A stretch of DNA of 64,000 nt from Eledone cirrhosa (taxonomy: Eukaryota): contig OZ024754.1 of the NCBI GenBank assembly GCA_964016885.1, positions 2,170,001 through 2,234,000 of the forward strand. The letters run 5' to 3'. The first letter of the stretch is position 1. Each line of letters opens with the position of its first letter. The translations under genes and the position numbers were made by a program. Shown piece by piece: positions 1 through 13,566 of this stretch. The notes under the pieces were generated by a model that saw only the letters and a program-made list of their open reading frames with translations, ran no database searches and was not told where the DNA came from.

Positions 1-299
1 CGATGTATCATAATATAAATAACAAATAGCATATTAACCTTAAGAACGCATATGACTCATTTACTCGGTGCAGTTTTCTCTGTATTTTATACAAACATCT
101 CCACTTGTAGGAACTTGTGTTGTATTATAGTGTGAAGAGAAGGGGATGTTACACCGAAATATGATAGGATTTGAACACAGAAGTAAAGAATGTTTTATTC
201 ACAAGAGAACAGATTTTCAAAACATAATAATTCGATATAGATATCCTCCATAGACTCTCATTCACACAGTCACACACACAAGTAGAGACTACAACTCCC

Positions 300-365
<66 letters not shown>

Positions 366-366
366 G

Positions 367-422
<56 letters not shown>

Positions 423-444
423 TATTTATATATATATATGTGTG

Positions 445-488
<44 letters not shown>

Positions 489-544
489 TATGCATACGCA
501 TCATCATCACCATCTTCGTTTAACGTCCATCTTCCACGCTAGCA

Positions 545-581
<37 letters not shown>

Positions 582-638
582 CATATATATTTGCACGCAC
601 TCACGTAAATATATATAGGTGTGTGTGTGTGTGTGTGT

Positions 639-753
<115 letters not shown>

Positions 754-1629
754 CCTGTGAGTAGGACACATATATATGTATATATTGTAACAAAGATGGA
801 GAATAATGAAACTCCAATGTTAAATACAGTTAATTAGAGTCGCCATATCTTTTGAGTGAACCAATCAGGTAAGTATTCTACTGATGAAATGGATATCATT
901 AATTTAGTAAGGATCTGCCATGGCGACATTTCCACTAGTTCAGCTATTGACCTTTATCTTAATCTAACATATTCACTCCATATGTCAAATCAACTAACAC
1001 TCTAGAAACTTACAATGAGCGCACGAAATCAAATGTAAAGGGAGGTAAGAGACAACAAAATAACTTCCCAGTCTAAACATTTTACACAAATAATATTATT
1101 GCTAAGTTAAACAGCAACTAAATTAACAGCGACCCGATTTTACAAACAGTTGTGATCTATGGTGAAATTGAGTGGAATGTAATTTGTTGTTTATATTTTT
1201 GCCTGGTTTTCTTGTTGTTTCTGTTTTGTTTTTCTGGTATTTACTCTTTCTAATAAATTGAAATCAAAGTGAAGGTTTTTATGTATTTATTCTTTGAAAA
1301 TAGTGGCATTTCCATTCAGCTATATCACATAAAACTTCACTTTCTGCTATTTTAGCTGGAATTTATCTACTGCCATAAATCTTCTTTTTCTCAGGAAGAT
1401 TTCCATGTGGAGTAATTGGTAAAATTTAGAGTATGGAATTCACGCCAAGCATTTAATGTTTCTTTCCTTTTTCAAAACATTATTTTGTTTGAATGAATTA
1501 ACACTTGAAAGATTCAAAGTGATATTACGATACGGAGTTTTACCGTATGGGTGAAATTTACTGGAAGTTTACTCATAAACCACTAACGGCGATTAAGATA
1601 AACCAGAGTTTTCTTAAATATGAGATTAT

Positions 1630-1703
<74 letters not shown>

Positions 1704-2134
1704 GGAATTTTCTCTGAAGAGAACACGCAGGGCAGTTATTATACCACTGCCTTGCTCACCGTACTCTCTATATAAGTTTAGCAATCTTGTAACATTGTAC
1801 ATTCGTTTATATTCATATTAAATACACAGACATCTGTAGATTACAATTCTTCGGGTGTTTAGTGTTATTCTCACCTCTTTTTAAAATATCAATAACTTAC
1901 ATATCATGACTGTCCAAAACTTATCACCTGAATTGATGTTCGTACACAGGCACACATATACATACACATACACACAAACACTCATAAATACACATATGCA
2001 TACACGAACATACAATTTCTGTCCGAATTTCAATGACCGTATTTCATTAATGGATGATTTTCTTTATACGTAAAACTTTCAAATACTCAAGAAACTGATG
2101 TAAAATTGTACGGGTTAAATAATTGTTTCTACTT

Positions 2135-2180
2135 TTTTTGCACAAGGCCAGCAAATACCCAGTACATTACTGGTACTTTA
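2135..2180 (-). mobile_element. tRNA-SINE family 1, 3' fragment
   Basis: gcacaaggccagcaa...cagtacattactggtacttta is the reverse complement of the 3' part of the SINE at 10512. Confidence 0.6.
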
Positions 2181-2336
2181 AATAATGAAGATTTAAAAGA
2201 ATCAGACATTTATGAAGACAAGAAAAATGATAAATGTAATGTAGAACATAGAAATGAGGAAGCTGAATGTCCTAATATCACTTAGAATTTAATGGTATTG
2301 CAGATATCTTCGATATATGTGTTACATAATACGAGA

Positions 2337-2380
<44 letters not shown>

Positions 2381-2405
2381 CACACACACACAAACTTTAG
2401 CCATT

Positions 2406-2480
<75 letters not shown>

Positions 2481-2484
<4 letters not shown>

Positions 2485-2660
2485 AAATGGCTGTTACGGG
2501 ACTAGAACTGTTTCATTCGAAGGAAATCATCAGGATTTACTAATGATTTCCTTCGAATGATACATTTCTAGTCCTGTAGAAGCCATTTCTATAGTAAAAA
2601 TGTATACTCTGCTATGTATTGAGTACTTTATTTACTGTGGTTAGCCCTGATTGAACCCGG
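2481..2660 (+). mobile_element. TA-embedded fold-back element, family B (PLE pLTR-like)
   Basis: Imperfect inverted arms 2483-2534 and 2540-2590 followed by a ~70-bp tail; the left arm reads CTGATGA-tttccttcgaat-GAAAc on the minus strand; a second copy lies at 46009-46140. Confidence 0.7.
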
Positions 2661-2672
2661 ACGGACGGACAC

Positions 2673-2715
<43 letters not shown>

Positions 2716-2719
<4 letters not shown>

Positions 2720-3097
2720 TGCTTTGGGAGGGTCATGTTGCCAATAAGAAACACACGCACCAGTTGCTTTCACTTCAATTTATTATAAATTAAATTTATA
2801 AATTTAGGAGTTTATAAATTTCCAGTTGGTTGGTTGGTCACAACCAGACGATTGTTCATTTATTGTCAAAGTTCTTTCGTCACAATATATGAACAATCGT
2901 CTGGTTGTGGAACCAACCAACCAACCAACCGGATATTTATAAATTCCTAAATTTATAAATTTTATTTATAATAAATTGAAGTGAAAGAAACTGGTGCGTG
3001 TGTTTCTTATTGGCAATATGACCCTCCCAAAGCATAACAATATCGGTTTCAACACACGTTTTCAGATAAAGAGTCTTGCTAAACAAATTCAGAAACG

Positions 3098-3100
<3 letters not shown>
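2716..3100 (+). mobile_element. TA-embedded fold-back element, family C
   Basis: ~150-bp inverted arms (2716-2867 and 2881-3038) plus a 62-bp tail, flanked by (TA)n; shorter copies at 4616-4678, 48786-48840 and 29705-29730. Confidence 0.8.
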
Positions 3101-3141
<41 letters not shown>

Positions 3142-4199
3142 GTATACGCATTGAGCTATAATACTGGAGCTAAATATTGTATATCATCTGGTAGCGATAT
3201 TCTAATATTTATATATCATAATATGCTGCAAATATATACATGTAATAATAACAATACTAATAGTAGTATTTAGATACGTTTCAAAATGTATTCAATATTG
3301 CTGAAATGTATTACGCAATATTATATTAGATAGACTGTGTGAAGGGATTCATAACATGACCAATAGATTTTTGTATAGAGTGTAGTGCATTTTTAGTACA
3401 TTTCCCCCCATGTTGAAATACTCTTAAGATATTTACATTATATCAAGATAAACATATAGATATTTCATTAAAATGTTTCCGTGCTCGAACTGAGAATCTC
3501 AGACCCTGCAGTAATACTAATTTCTTTTAAGTTTCTTCCAGAGTAACGTGGTGTAAAATCCAAATGGAATGGAGCCAGTTTTAAAAGTTACTTTAGCCGC
3601 CAGGCAAACAAAAAGTTAAATAACAAAGAAGAAAATAACACATTCGTATTGAAGAACTGGCAAAATATTTAGAAAACTAAATAAAGAAATTGAACTATTT
3701 CATTCAAATATCTATTAGTTAGAAGTTTTTCTCGGTCTATTCTTGAATTTTTTCTTTTTTCTATTTTTTCCAGATTAAATCAAAAGTTCACATTGCTACA
3801 TTACAACCTCATTAAAGAAGCACTACCAAGGCAGCAGCAATATACAGATTGTCCCCAGAAAATTGACATCATTTGAGATGTTAATATCTGAGTAACTACA
3901 TGTCCTAGACAAACTAAATTTCTAGTGAATGTCATTCTTCAACATGAAGAAATAAAGCATTTGATATTAAACTTGGTTTACACATTTTGTTAAAATTTGA
4001 GATCATTTGAGCGAGAATGTTAGAGGGTGGTAGACACCCAGTATTATTATAATCCACAAACAAGATTATACAATTAAATACAATCTTCGAGGAATATATA
4101 TATATATATATATATATATACGCCATTAACAAGGGAGATATAAAAGATACAGAAGCGAAAACCAGCCAAACACTGAGTGCGTTCTGTTATTATTTCTGG

Positions 4200-4268
<69 letters not shown>

Positions 4269-4558
4269 AATTCAAATAATTTTAAACGCCATACAATATA
4301 TTAGAAAATTAAAACTGACAAGATAACGATGGAATTTTGTAAATTTGATTAAATACATGCATATATCCGGTCATTTTTGTCGACAAATACGAGAACTAAG
4401 TCCTCAATAACACAGTAGAGTTTATATATTCCTTGTATTATTGATAATAGTTTCTGTGGCCAACTGAATTCGAGGAGCATTCCTGATTACAGATGCTTCC
4501 ATGAAATTCAGAGTAACAACTTAGAGTAACTTCAGTATCACTTCAGTATCACACACAC

Positions 4559-4615
<57 letters not shown>

Positions 4616-4616
<1 letters not shown>

Positions 4617-4677
4617 TTATACTTTGGGAGGGTCATGCTGCCAATAAAAACACATACAAAACAAATTCAAAAACGAA

Positions 4678-4678
<1 letters not shown>
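4616..4678 (+). mobile_element. family C mini-copy
   Basis: gttatactttgggagggtcatgctgccaata fused to the tail end aaacaaattcaaaaacgaa, within (TA)n. Confidence 0.75.
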
Positions 4679-4724
<46 letters not shown>

Positions 4725-4814
4725 AGTTTGAAACTGTATGTAGTGTCTGGAACTAACTGTTGAAACGACAAGAGCGCAGCCATCACGTCCCGACTTTTTA
4801 TAGCTCACACTTAT

Positions 4815-4902
<88 letters not shown>

Positions 4903-5631
4903 ATACACCATACAATATTGAATTTTGAACGTGAATAGTCGCCATTAATCATCCACGCCATTTCAGTCACTTTCATCACATTTTGTTATTTGTTCTGTTT
5001 CATATTTGTAACAAATAAAATAAACGTCTACATTCGTTTCTTTTTCATTTAGTTTGTTTTGTTATTTTTTTTTCTTTACGTTCCTCTTCTTCATTCATTT
5101 ATCGTACAATATATGGTAATGAAAAGACACAAGTAATAAGACAGTTATAACTTGTTAACATACATAGACCACGCACACCCTACAAAGCTTCTAATAGGGA
5201 AGTTGTACGTTTTACATTTTCTTAGGTCTTTTTCGGAGCCTGTGTGAGTGGGGGACTTGGTTGTTGAAACTTGGCTTCAGGCTCCGCTACTAATGAAGAC
5301 TATAGATTGCTACCTTTTGTTTGATGAATGCTTGGGAAATTATATTAGCATTTTCCACCTCCGGCTGGTCACGAAAACCAATTCTACTGTGATGACATAA
5401 CCCTAATCAGTTTCAATTGTTAGCCACTGAAAATTAACCACCTTTATTATCATCTTTATTTTTATTGAAACCTCTGCTTCCCACTCGTCTCACAAATAAT
5501 AGAAATGATGCACTTTTATGGGCAACTCTCTTTCTCTCTTTCTCTTCCCTACTCTCTCTCATTCTGTCTCTTTCAATACACACACACACATAAACACACG
5601 CAAACATATGTATAAATATATATTATATATA

Positions 5632-5698
<67 letters not shown>

Positions 5699-5699
5699 T

Positions 5700-5786
<87 letters not shown>

Positions 5787-6059
5787 TTGTATATATATAT
5801 ATGTATATTTGTATATATATATGTATATTTGTATATATATATATGTATATTTGTGTATATATGTATATATATATAAATATATATATGTGTGTGTGTATAT
5901 ATATATGTATGTGATGTTGTAGCGTGCGGTGATGTATATATATATATATTTGTATATATATATACATATGTATATATATATATTTGTATATATATATACA
6001 TATGTATATATATATATTTGTATATATATATACATATGTATATATATATATTTGTATAT

Positions 6060-6092
<33 letters not shown>

Positions 6093-6111
6093 AACAAACA
6101 CACACACAAAC

Positions 6112-6144
<33 letters not shown>

Positions 6145-6424
6145 TATATGTGTGTGTGTGTATGTATATATATACATTTCTCAGTCCCTCCACACAGAAC
6201 ATCTTTAAGTCTCTATCTTCATATGTTTCTTATTATATCTGTATCACACATCATGTTTAAATTGCCTGTGACCTTATCCTCATTTCGTTATTTCCCGCCA
6301 TTTTCTCAGTTCTGTTTCGTTCTCTCTCTGACACTACATCTTTCACATACGCCCTAATGTTTGATCTATTCTTCAATTCATCTACCACAGACGATTCCTC
6401 TATCACTTTTTCCCTACCTACCTG

Positions 6425-6508
<84 letters not shown>

Positions 6509-6561
6509 TGTCTGTCTGTATATATGTATTTATCTCTCTCTCTCTCTCTCTCTCTCCATAC

Positions 6562-6592
<31 letters not shown>

Positions 6593-6613
6593 TATATACA
6601 TATATATATATAC

Positions 6614-6662
<49 letters not shown>

Positions 6663-6673
6663 CACACACACAA

Positions 6674-6723
<50 letters not shown>

Positions 6724-7311
6724 TTATATAGTTGTATATATGTACTGATATATATATATATATGTATGTTTCTGTCTGCGTGTCAGCAGTTAAATGGTGG
6801 TGATGATGACACACAAAACAGACTGTCTGCTTCCATTAATACACAGTCATTATTTCTAACCCTCCTCCTGTATTGACATCGAAACTCCATCGTCGCCAGT
6901 CAGGTTCACAGAATCGTTTTCAAATCGATATAAGTATTATTGAAGGTCAACTACAACCGTAGTAAATCAATGTCTTACACACATATATATATGTGTTTGT
7001 TTGTATATATATATAAAGGGTTGAATGATGAAGAGACTAAAGTTATGCCAAAGACCTTTCAAGCTGAATGAGGCTTTACGATCAGTAAAATAAACGAATG
7101 TATTCAGTCAAATTGTAATAAATATGACATCATGATTTAAAACTTTGGGTAAACAAATCGAGGGCTTTGTATGAGTGTAATTGTACTGAATATTTACATC
7201 ATAGATAGATCCATTAGGAAAGTATTTAAGACATCTGTCTGATATTCCTTCATGATACCGTCTCTCTCTCTCTCGATCTCTCTCACCCCCCTCTCTCTCT
7301 CTCTCTCCCTC

Positions 7312-7351
<40 letters not shown>

Positions 7352-7357
<6 letters not shown>

Positions 7358-7820
7358 TGACAGATTAAAGTTTAATCAAAGAATCACTGCTTTCACCCTT
7401 CACGGCATCTTCTGAAAAAGAAAAATCAATCTCTGGACGCAGAAGTATATGTTTTTCTAAAAACGTTACAACCGAAGGAAAACAGGAAGACAATACTATA
7501 TAATCCGTTCTCACTATAACCATTCACGAGTTGAAAAACCTTCGTGTGGAACGCCTGGAACTCAATGATTTGTTAATTTGTTGTGGAAATAACTATATCA
7601 AACTCGTCCATTGGACTGAGTGCTCTACCAATTTCGGATATAACCTCCCAGTTGTTTTTATCACTAAACACATAAATAAAAATATATATATATCCCTGGG
7701 CTTGCTTGCCGCAGTTATCTAACGTCTGTTATTACTCTAAGGTGACACAACCTTATCGAGTGCTTTGCTACCCATTCCTGATTGTATATCGTTAGCTTTG
7801 CCACAGCCAAAACTTCCATT

Positions 7821-7822
<2 letters not shown>
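7352..7822. mobile_element. TA-embedded composite insert (family H arm plus family I tail)
   Basis: 7352-7405 is the reverse complement of 34770-34822 and 37910-37955; 7715-7770 resembles the reverse complements of 33480-33530 and 22390-22435. Confidence 0.6.
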
Positions 7823-7857
<35 letters not shown>

Positions 7858-8725
7858 TTAAAATAACATATGTTATATATTGTTTTTCTTATTAGAAATC
7901 AAGTAACGTAAAAATGACTGCGACATTGTTTATTTAGTGTTTATAAAATCAATGATTCTACAATGTTCAAATCTGTTTGAGCCACTACCAGGTCTTTTAT
8001 AAAATCCTTTACTAAACAAGAGAAAATCTCAAACAACAATTTGTATTGATAATCGTTTGCACGCAACTATTAAGAAACAAATATTTAGAATCTGTTAAAG
8101 TAAATTGAAATCTTTAAGTACTATTTATTCTGTATCACCAGACTATTTGATAGTCTATGTTTAATGTGGATATGTTGCGGGATACGAGGTTATCTCATCT
8201 ATATTTATTTGATTTCAAAAATAAACAAACTAAACTAAATTTAGATAGAAATGTTTGAAAAAAACAACGAGAAATATTCTTTTATATAATTTTATATACT
8301 AACGACTACGTACAATTTGAAATTTCAGACACGGTTTCTAATCAATTATTTAATTTAAATCACCGGCGTGGTGCCGTGAATGATAAATATCTAATATATA
8401 ATCAGCTGTGAAGAAGATAGGTTTCGCCATAAATTATTCCCTACTGGGTGGTGCCATGCCATGTAACGATGGAACAACATCGTATGTATACTTTCATCAT
8501 AAACAACATAATCTTAAGAGAAAAACAATTTCTAAAATTGTTTTCACCAAATTGTCGTTAGAGCAGGTATTTTCTAAAGCTGCACACAATGCCCACACCT
8601 CAATATCTTATATATACACTCATACATACATACACACATTCATTTATGAGAGTGTATATGTCTGGGTTGGGTATGTACATGTTTTGTGTGGTTATATATA
8701 TTCTCTCTCTCTCTCACTCACTATA

Positions 8726-8808
<83 letters not shown>

Positions 8809-8863
8809 GTGAGAGAGAGAGAATGTGAGAGCTAGAAAGCAATAGAAAGTGCCCGACTGTTGT

Positions 8864-8937
<74 letters not shown>

Positions 8938-9026
8938 GATATACACACGGATTGGAATGGAACGAAAGACCTCATGATTGAGAAGCAAAATCTTTAGCCA
9001 CTAAACTATTTCAGTGTCCAATAACT

Positions 9027-9058
<32 letters not shown>

Positions 9059-9336
9059 CTATATATATATATCCCATGTACGTCAATACTCATCTTTTTC
9101 CATTTCTCCAAGGGTTCTTAACCCCACAATCAGGCTAAATAATTTCTTTAATTTCTTTAGTCAAATACGGCGATAGCTTATATTTCTAATAATTTCAAAC
9201 CCACTCGCTGTTTCGAAAATATTCTTACTTGATATATATATATATATATATACATACATACATACATACATCATATATATATTCTTGTATAACTTTACAA
9301 ACGTCACACGTTTACAGATATATATGTGTGTGTGTA

Positions 9337-9368
<32 letters not shown>

Positions 9369-10034
9369 AGTATATATATACATATATACATATATATATA
9401 TATAGAGAGAGAGAGGCTTGTGTCAATATACACGTGTGTACGTGTGTGTGTGTGCATGATTACGGTTCTATATGACTATATGCCTGTATTTCGCGGACTA
9501 TAATACCACAAGGTGTCTGTCTGTCGTCCAGGAAACCTTATGCATCGCCTCAGCTTTATGTCGGATTCCATTAAAATGAATGATTATACAGGTAGATTTG
9601 ATTAAATAAACATTATGTTTTATTTGATGATTATTTCCACTGAAAATCATAATCCTATATCTGAAATGAGTAGAAGAATTAGAAATACAGTATAAATAGT
9701 TTAGTTTGATTGAGGGCTTCTTCTTGGAAATGTGAAATTAGAGTTTGTGTGAAAGCGTTTACAAAGAAATACTCTTATAAACCAGACAACCACACGCAGA
9801 CACAATCAAAGACATATATACACATTTATACATACACTAGTACACCCACACACATTTATACATACATTTATCTACAGACTCACGTTGCACTTTTAGGTTA
9901 TTAGGGGAAGGTAATATAGTAGTGTTACAATTGTGTATATTATGAAGAGATGAATAAAAGGACCATCGTCGTGTTCGACGACTTGTAATACCGTTGTTTG
10001 CCAGAGAAACAAGCCTTCCCGTGAAGTTAATGTG

Positions 10035-10118
<84 letters not shown>

Positions 10119-10126
10119 CATATATG

Positions 10127-10212
<86 letters not shown>

Positions 10213-10213
10213 C

Positions 10214-10244
<31 letters not shown>

Positions 10245-10280
10245 CATATATATATATGTATATACATATATGTATATACA

Positions 10281-10354
<74 letters not shown>

Positions 10355-10357
10355 TAC

Positions 10358-10388
<31 letters not shown>

Positions 10389-10511
10389 ATACCAAAACAC
10401 TGGCTGCTCCAGTTACGGAAACTTGATCCTGTTACACATATGTATGGGTCCATGTTCGTGTTGTTGTTGTTGTTGTTACTACATCATTATTATTAGTAGT
10501 AAAGGCACGAG

Positions 10512-11020
10512 GGCGGTGGATTGGCAGTATCGGTAGAGGGTCGGACGCCATGCTTTGCAGCATGGAGTTACGTCCCTTTATTATTTGAGTTCAAACCCCG
10601 CCGAGGTTAAATTTGCCTTTCATCCTTACGATAAAATAAAGTACCTTTAATACAGTGGAATAATTGCTGGCCTTGTGCCAAATGTAGAAACAATTATTAG
10701 TAGTAAAGGCAGGAGGGCTTTCCAGCATAGAGTTGTGGCCCTTTATGAACTGAGTTCAAATCCCGCCGAGGTTAACTTTGCCATTCATCCTTATGGGGGT
10801 CGATAAAATAAAGTACCAGTAATGCACTGGGATCAATTCAATCGACTCCCCACCCCCCAAAAAAATTGATGGCGTTGTGCCTAAATCAGAAACCATTATT
10901 AGTAAATCAAATCCCGCCGAGGTTAACTTTGCCTTTCATCCTTATGGGGTTGATAAAATAAAGTACCAGTAATACACTGGATAATCGCTGGCCTTGTGCC
11001 AAAAATAGAAACAATTATTA
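10512..11020 (+). mobile_element. three tandem tRNA-derived SINE family 1 copies
   Basis: A-box tggcagtatcggtag in the first copy, B-box gagttcaaa(c/t)cc, conserved body gccgaggttaactttgcctttcatccttacggggtcgataaaataaagtaccagt, 3' end gctggccttgtgcc...agaaac. Confidence 0.85.
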
Positions 11021-11464
11021 GTAAAGGCAGGATCATGACAAAGGTTCTCTCTTTTGTATTTCTCTATGATTTCTTAGCAGTGCATTGGAACAATAATATA
11101 TCTATAGACACCATCCAAGCGTCTAGAAGGTTCGCAGTCTTTGTATTTAGATATGAAGTGTTAATGATTTTATATTGCACATATCTTCTAGGTAAATGTA
11201 ACCTGCATAGATTTCTTGCTAGAATATGTGTGTTGATTTTATCGCTTAAATTTAAATCCTGATAATTATCTATGTCAGTTGTCTATGAGCTTAAGTTATC
11301 ACTGCTTTCTCAAATCAAGCTCGCATTCATTTCTATTCATCGATTTTGAGGTTAATTCTGTTTAAAACAGAAATATTGTTTGCTTGAGTTTTATTGTCCA
11401 ACTCTGTTGTGTGTGGTGTAGATCCTTGCAAAATTTATAGTAAAGGCATGGTGAAACTAATGAT

Positions 11465-11617
11465 CTTTATGTTCTGAGTTCAAATCCCACCGATGTTAGC
11501 TTTGCCTTTCATCCTTACGGGGTCGATAAAATAAAGTACCAGTAATGTACCGGGGTCGATTTAATCGACTTACTCCTTCACACAAAAATTGTTGGCCTTG
11601 TTCCTAAATCTGAAACA
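11465..11617 (+). mobile_element. SINE family 1
   Basis: B-box plus conserved body and 3' end. Confidence 0.85.
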
Positions 11618-11839
11618 CTTATGTATTCATCTATTTTCTAGTTGGTATACATTTATATAACATATTACACATCGTGTCATTTTAATATCTATAATACCTG
11701 TGTCACTACATACTACTCTGTTCGAATATCGATTGTTAAAGAAAAGGGATCGATCGACTTTCGTCAAACCGGACCGAGGAAACAATGTTTCCATTGGTCT
11801 TTCCAATTGCTAATACTATCTATCGGTCGCAACTCTAGG

Positions 11840-12138
11840 TAGAAGGAGCAACTTAAAATAAAGTGTCTTGCTCAAGGACATAACGCATCACCCACTCCAG
11901 GAATCGAGATCACAACCTCACGATTGCGAATCCAATTCTCTAACCACTCAACCACACGCCTTCAGATTGTTAAATAACGTTTTATTCTACGTAATTCTGT
12001 ATCTTGCTCAAGGACATAACGCATCGTCAGGTCCGGTAATCAGGTTCACAACCTCACGATTGCGAATCCAATTCTCCCACCACTCAACCACATGTCTTCA
12101 CATTGTTAAATAACGTTTTATTCTACGTAATTCTGTAT
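11840..12138 (-). mobile_element. tRNA-derived SINE family 2 (CORE-SINE-like head), locally duplicated
   Basis: aagtgtcttgctcaaggacataacgca...taaccactcaaccac is an antisense tRNA-like head; a ~135-bp unit is duplicated; related copies at 20140-20292 and 35277-35420. Confidence 0.7.
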
Positions 12139-12811
12139 CCAGTATCTCTTTTATTTAAGGGGATATCACTGCTCTTCTTTTCAGAGACTTCACCTCTGAC
12201 AGTTATACTTCTGTGGGCATTCGCTGTCGCCGTGTAAATATATACATGCCTAGAACATCAGTCATTTGTAATTTTCTTCTTGAAACGTATTTCATGCCGG
12301 TATTAATTTACAATATTTTTTTTTTAAACTAAAACATCAACTGCGTCAATCTTATCGTATACTTAAAGCTCATGAAATCAGGTCTATCTTTTCTTCATGA
12401 TAAACATCAGCGCAGAAAAAGGAAAAAAAAATGTGACAAAGCAAACCTATTAATTATGCCGGTAAGTGTAAGAGTTTGTGAAATTAAAGTAAGACTGAAA
12501 AAAAAGATAGAATGAGAAAGAACCCCCAAAATATACGTATAATATCAGTGTGCGTGTCTTGAGAGAGTATTTATCTATGTTACATTCGAAAGATTTCATG
12601 AAATATATAGAAAGTAACGGATTTCTTATGGAAAGGTGATGGAAATGGTAAGGAGGAGATTTTGAAATAAATTGTCTTAAATCAAGATGTGATAAGAAAC
12701 AGTTTCAAAAGATTATTTATCTTAATAGTATTAATGATTTCATATCAACAGGAATTGACGTGTCGCAATATAAGTGATAAATCTATTTAGGTACGTATGT
12801 ATTTATATAGT

Positions 12812-12877
<66 letters not shown>

Positions 12878-12918
12878 CGAAACATAAGTCAATTGCATGA
12901 ACTCATAATCCTTTATTT

Positions 12919-12974
12919 ACTGCTATATATATTTCGATGATAGCCATTGAATGGCTATGACCTCATCAGGCAGT
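12919..12974 (-). ncRNA. type I hammerhead ribozyme
   Basis: actgc-CTGATGA-ggtcatagccattcaatggctatcatc-GAAA-tatataTA-gcagt; helix I 5 bp, helix II 11 bp, palindromic helix III. Confidence 0.85.
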
Positions 12975-13165
12975 TAGTCAGTTCTTAGATATGCCAGCTC
13001 TGTGTTTATAGTGTTGATGGTATCAGAGCCTTGGGACATATGAGCTTGTTAGGAATAAATTAATGTTGTCAGCAGGAATAGTCTTGATTCTCATTGGTCA
13101 GTTTGTAGATGGTAGTAGGGTTGGTATTTGACCTCAAAATTTGGCTTCGTTTATTAAAGATGTAA

Positions 13166-13218
13166 TGCTATATATATTTCGGTGACAGCCATCATTAGCT
13201 GTGACCTCTTCAGGCAGT
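13166..13218 (-). ncRNA. type I hammerhead ribozyme
   Basis: actgc-CTGAAGA-ggtcacagctaatgatggctgtcacc-GAAA-tatataTA-gca; compensatory changes in helix II relative to the 12919 copy. Confidence 0.8.
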
Positions 13219-13382
13219 CCGAATTGGTGTGGTAGAGACAGGTACACATGTTGTTAAAGTGTTTTACTCCGTCACTACTCCGATATGTCCAGCTCCTGGT
13301 TGGGTTGTTATTTCGCGGAGAAACTGGAATCATACGATATGATTCCAGTTCCTCCGCGGAATTATTATTTCTATATTATTAC

Positions 13383-13444
<62 letters not shown>

Positions 13445-13448
<4 letters not shown>

Positions 13449-13506
13449 ATAATAATAAATTTGAAGACTAAAATCCAAAGAAGGCTCCTGAAAAGAGCTA
13501 ACTACG

Positions 13507-13544
<38 letters not shown>

Positions 13545-13566
13545 CGTAGTTAGCTCCTTTCAGGAT
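13445..13566. mobile_element. family H tail with an inverted segment around a TA tract
   Basis: gtaataataataaat.tgaagactaaaatcc is shared with 34683 and 37781; cctgaaaagagctaactacgtaa and ttacgtagttagctcctttcagg are inverted around (TA)n. Confidence 0.6.

Larger units (their letters stand above)
12873..13365 (-). mobile_element. TA-embedded family D element with two tandem hammerheads
   Basis: 12873-13042 is the reverse complement of 63644-63812; 13144-13335 matches 19577-19780; terminal hairpin at 13313-13362. Confidence 0.8.

Noticed and set aside
860-876. Strong splice donor CAG/gtaagt
   Set aside because: No convincing upstream acceptor or open exon.
1708-1770. CTGAAGA followed by a gcagggcagt/actgccttgc hairpin next to a TA tract
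   Set aside because: No GAAA or helix III follows; at most a truncated hammerhead.
2716-3038. Fold-back inserts interpreted as classical MITEs
   Set aside because: Arms are asymmetric (one-sided tail), vary in length between copies and are sometimes non-overlapping, and several families carry hammerheads; a PLE origin fits better, though it is unproven for family C, where no hammerhead was found.
7365-7420. Minus-strand CAGAAGA-tgccgtgaagggt-GAAAgc (family H)
   Set aside because: The core is mutated and helix I is weak; probably a decayed hammerhead, so it was not annotated.
10520-10600. A-box/B-box sequences considered as tRNA genes
   Set aside because: No complete cloverleaf; they are consistently fused to the SINE body.
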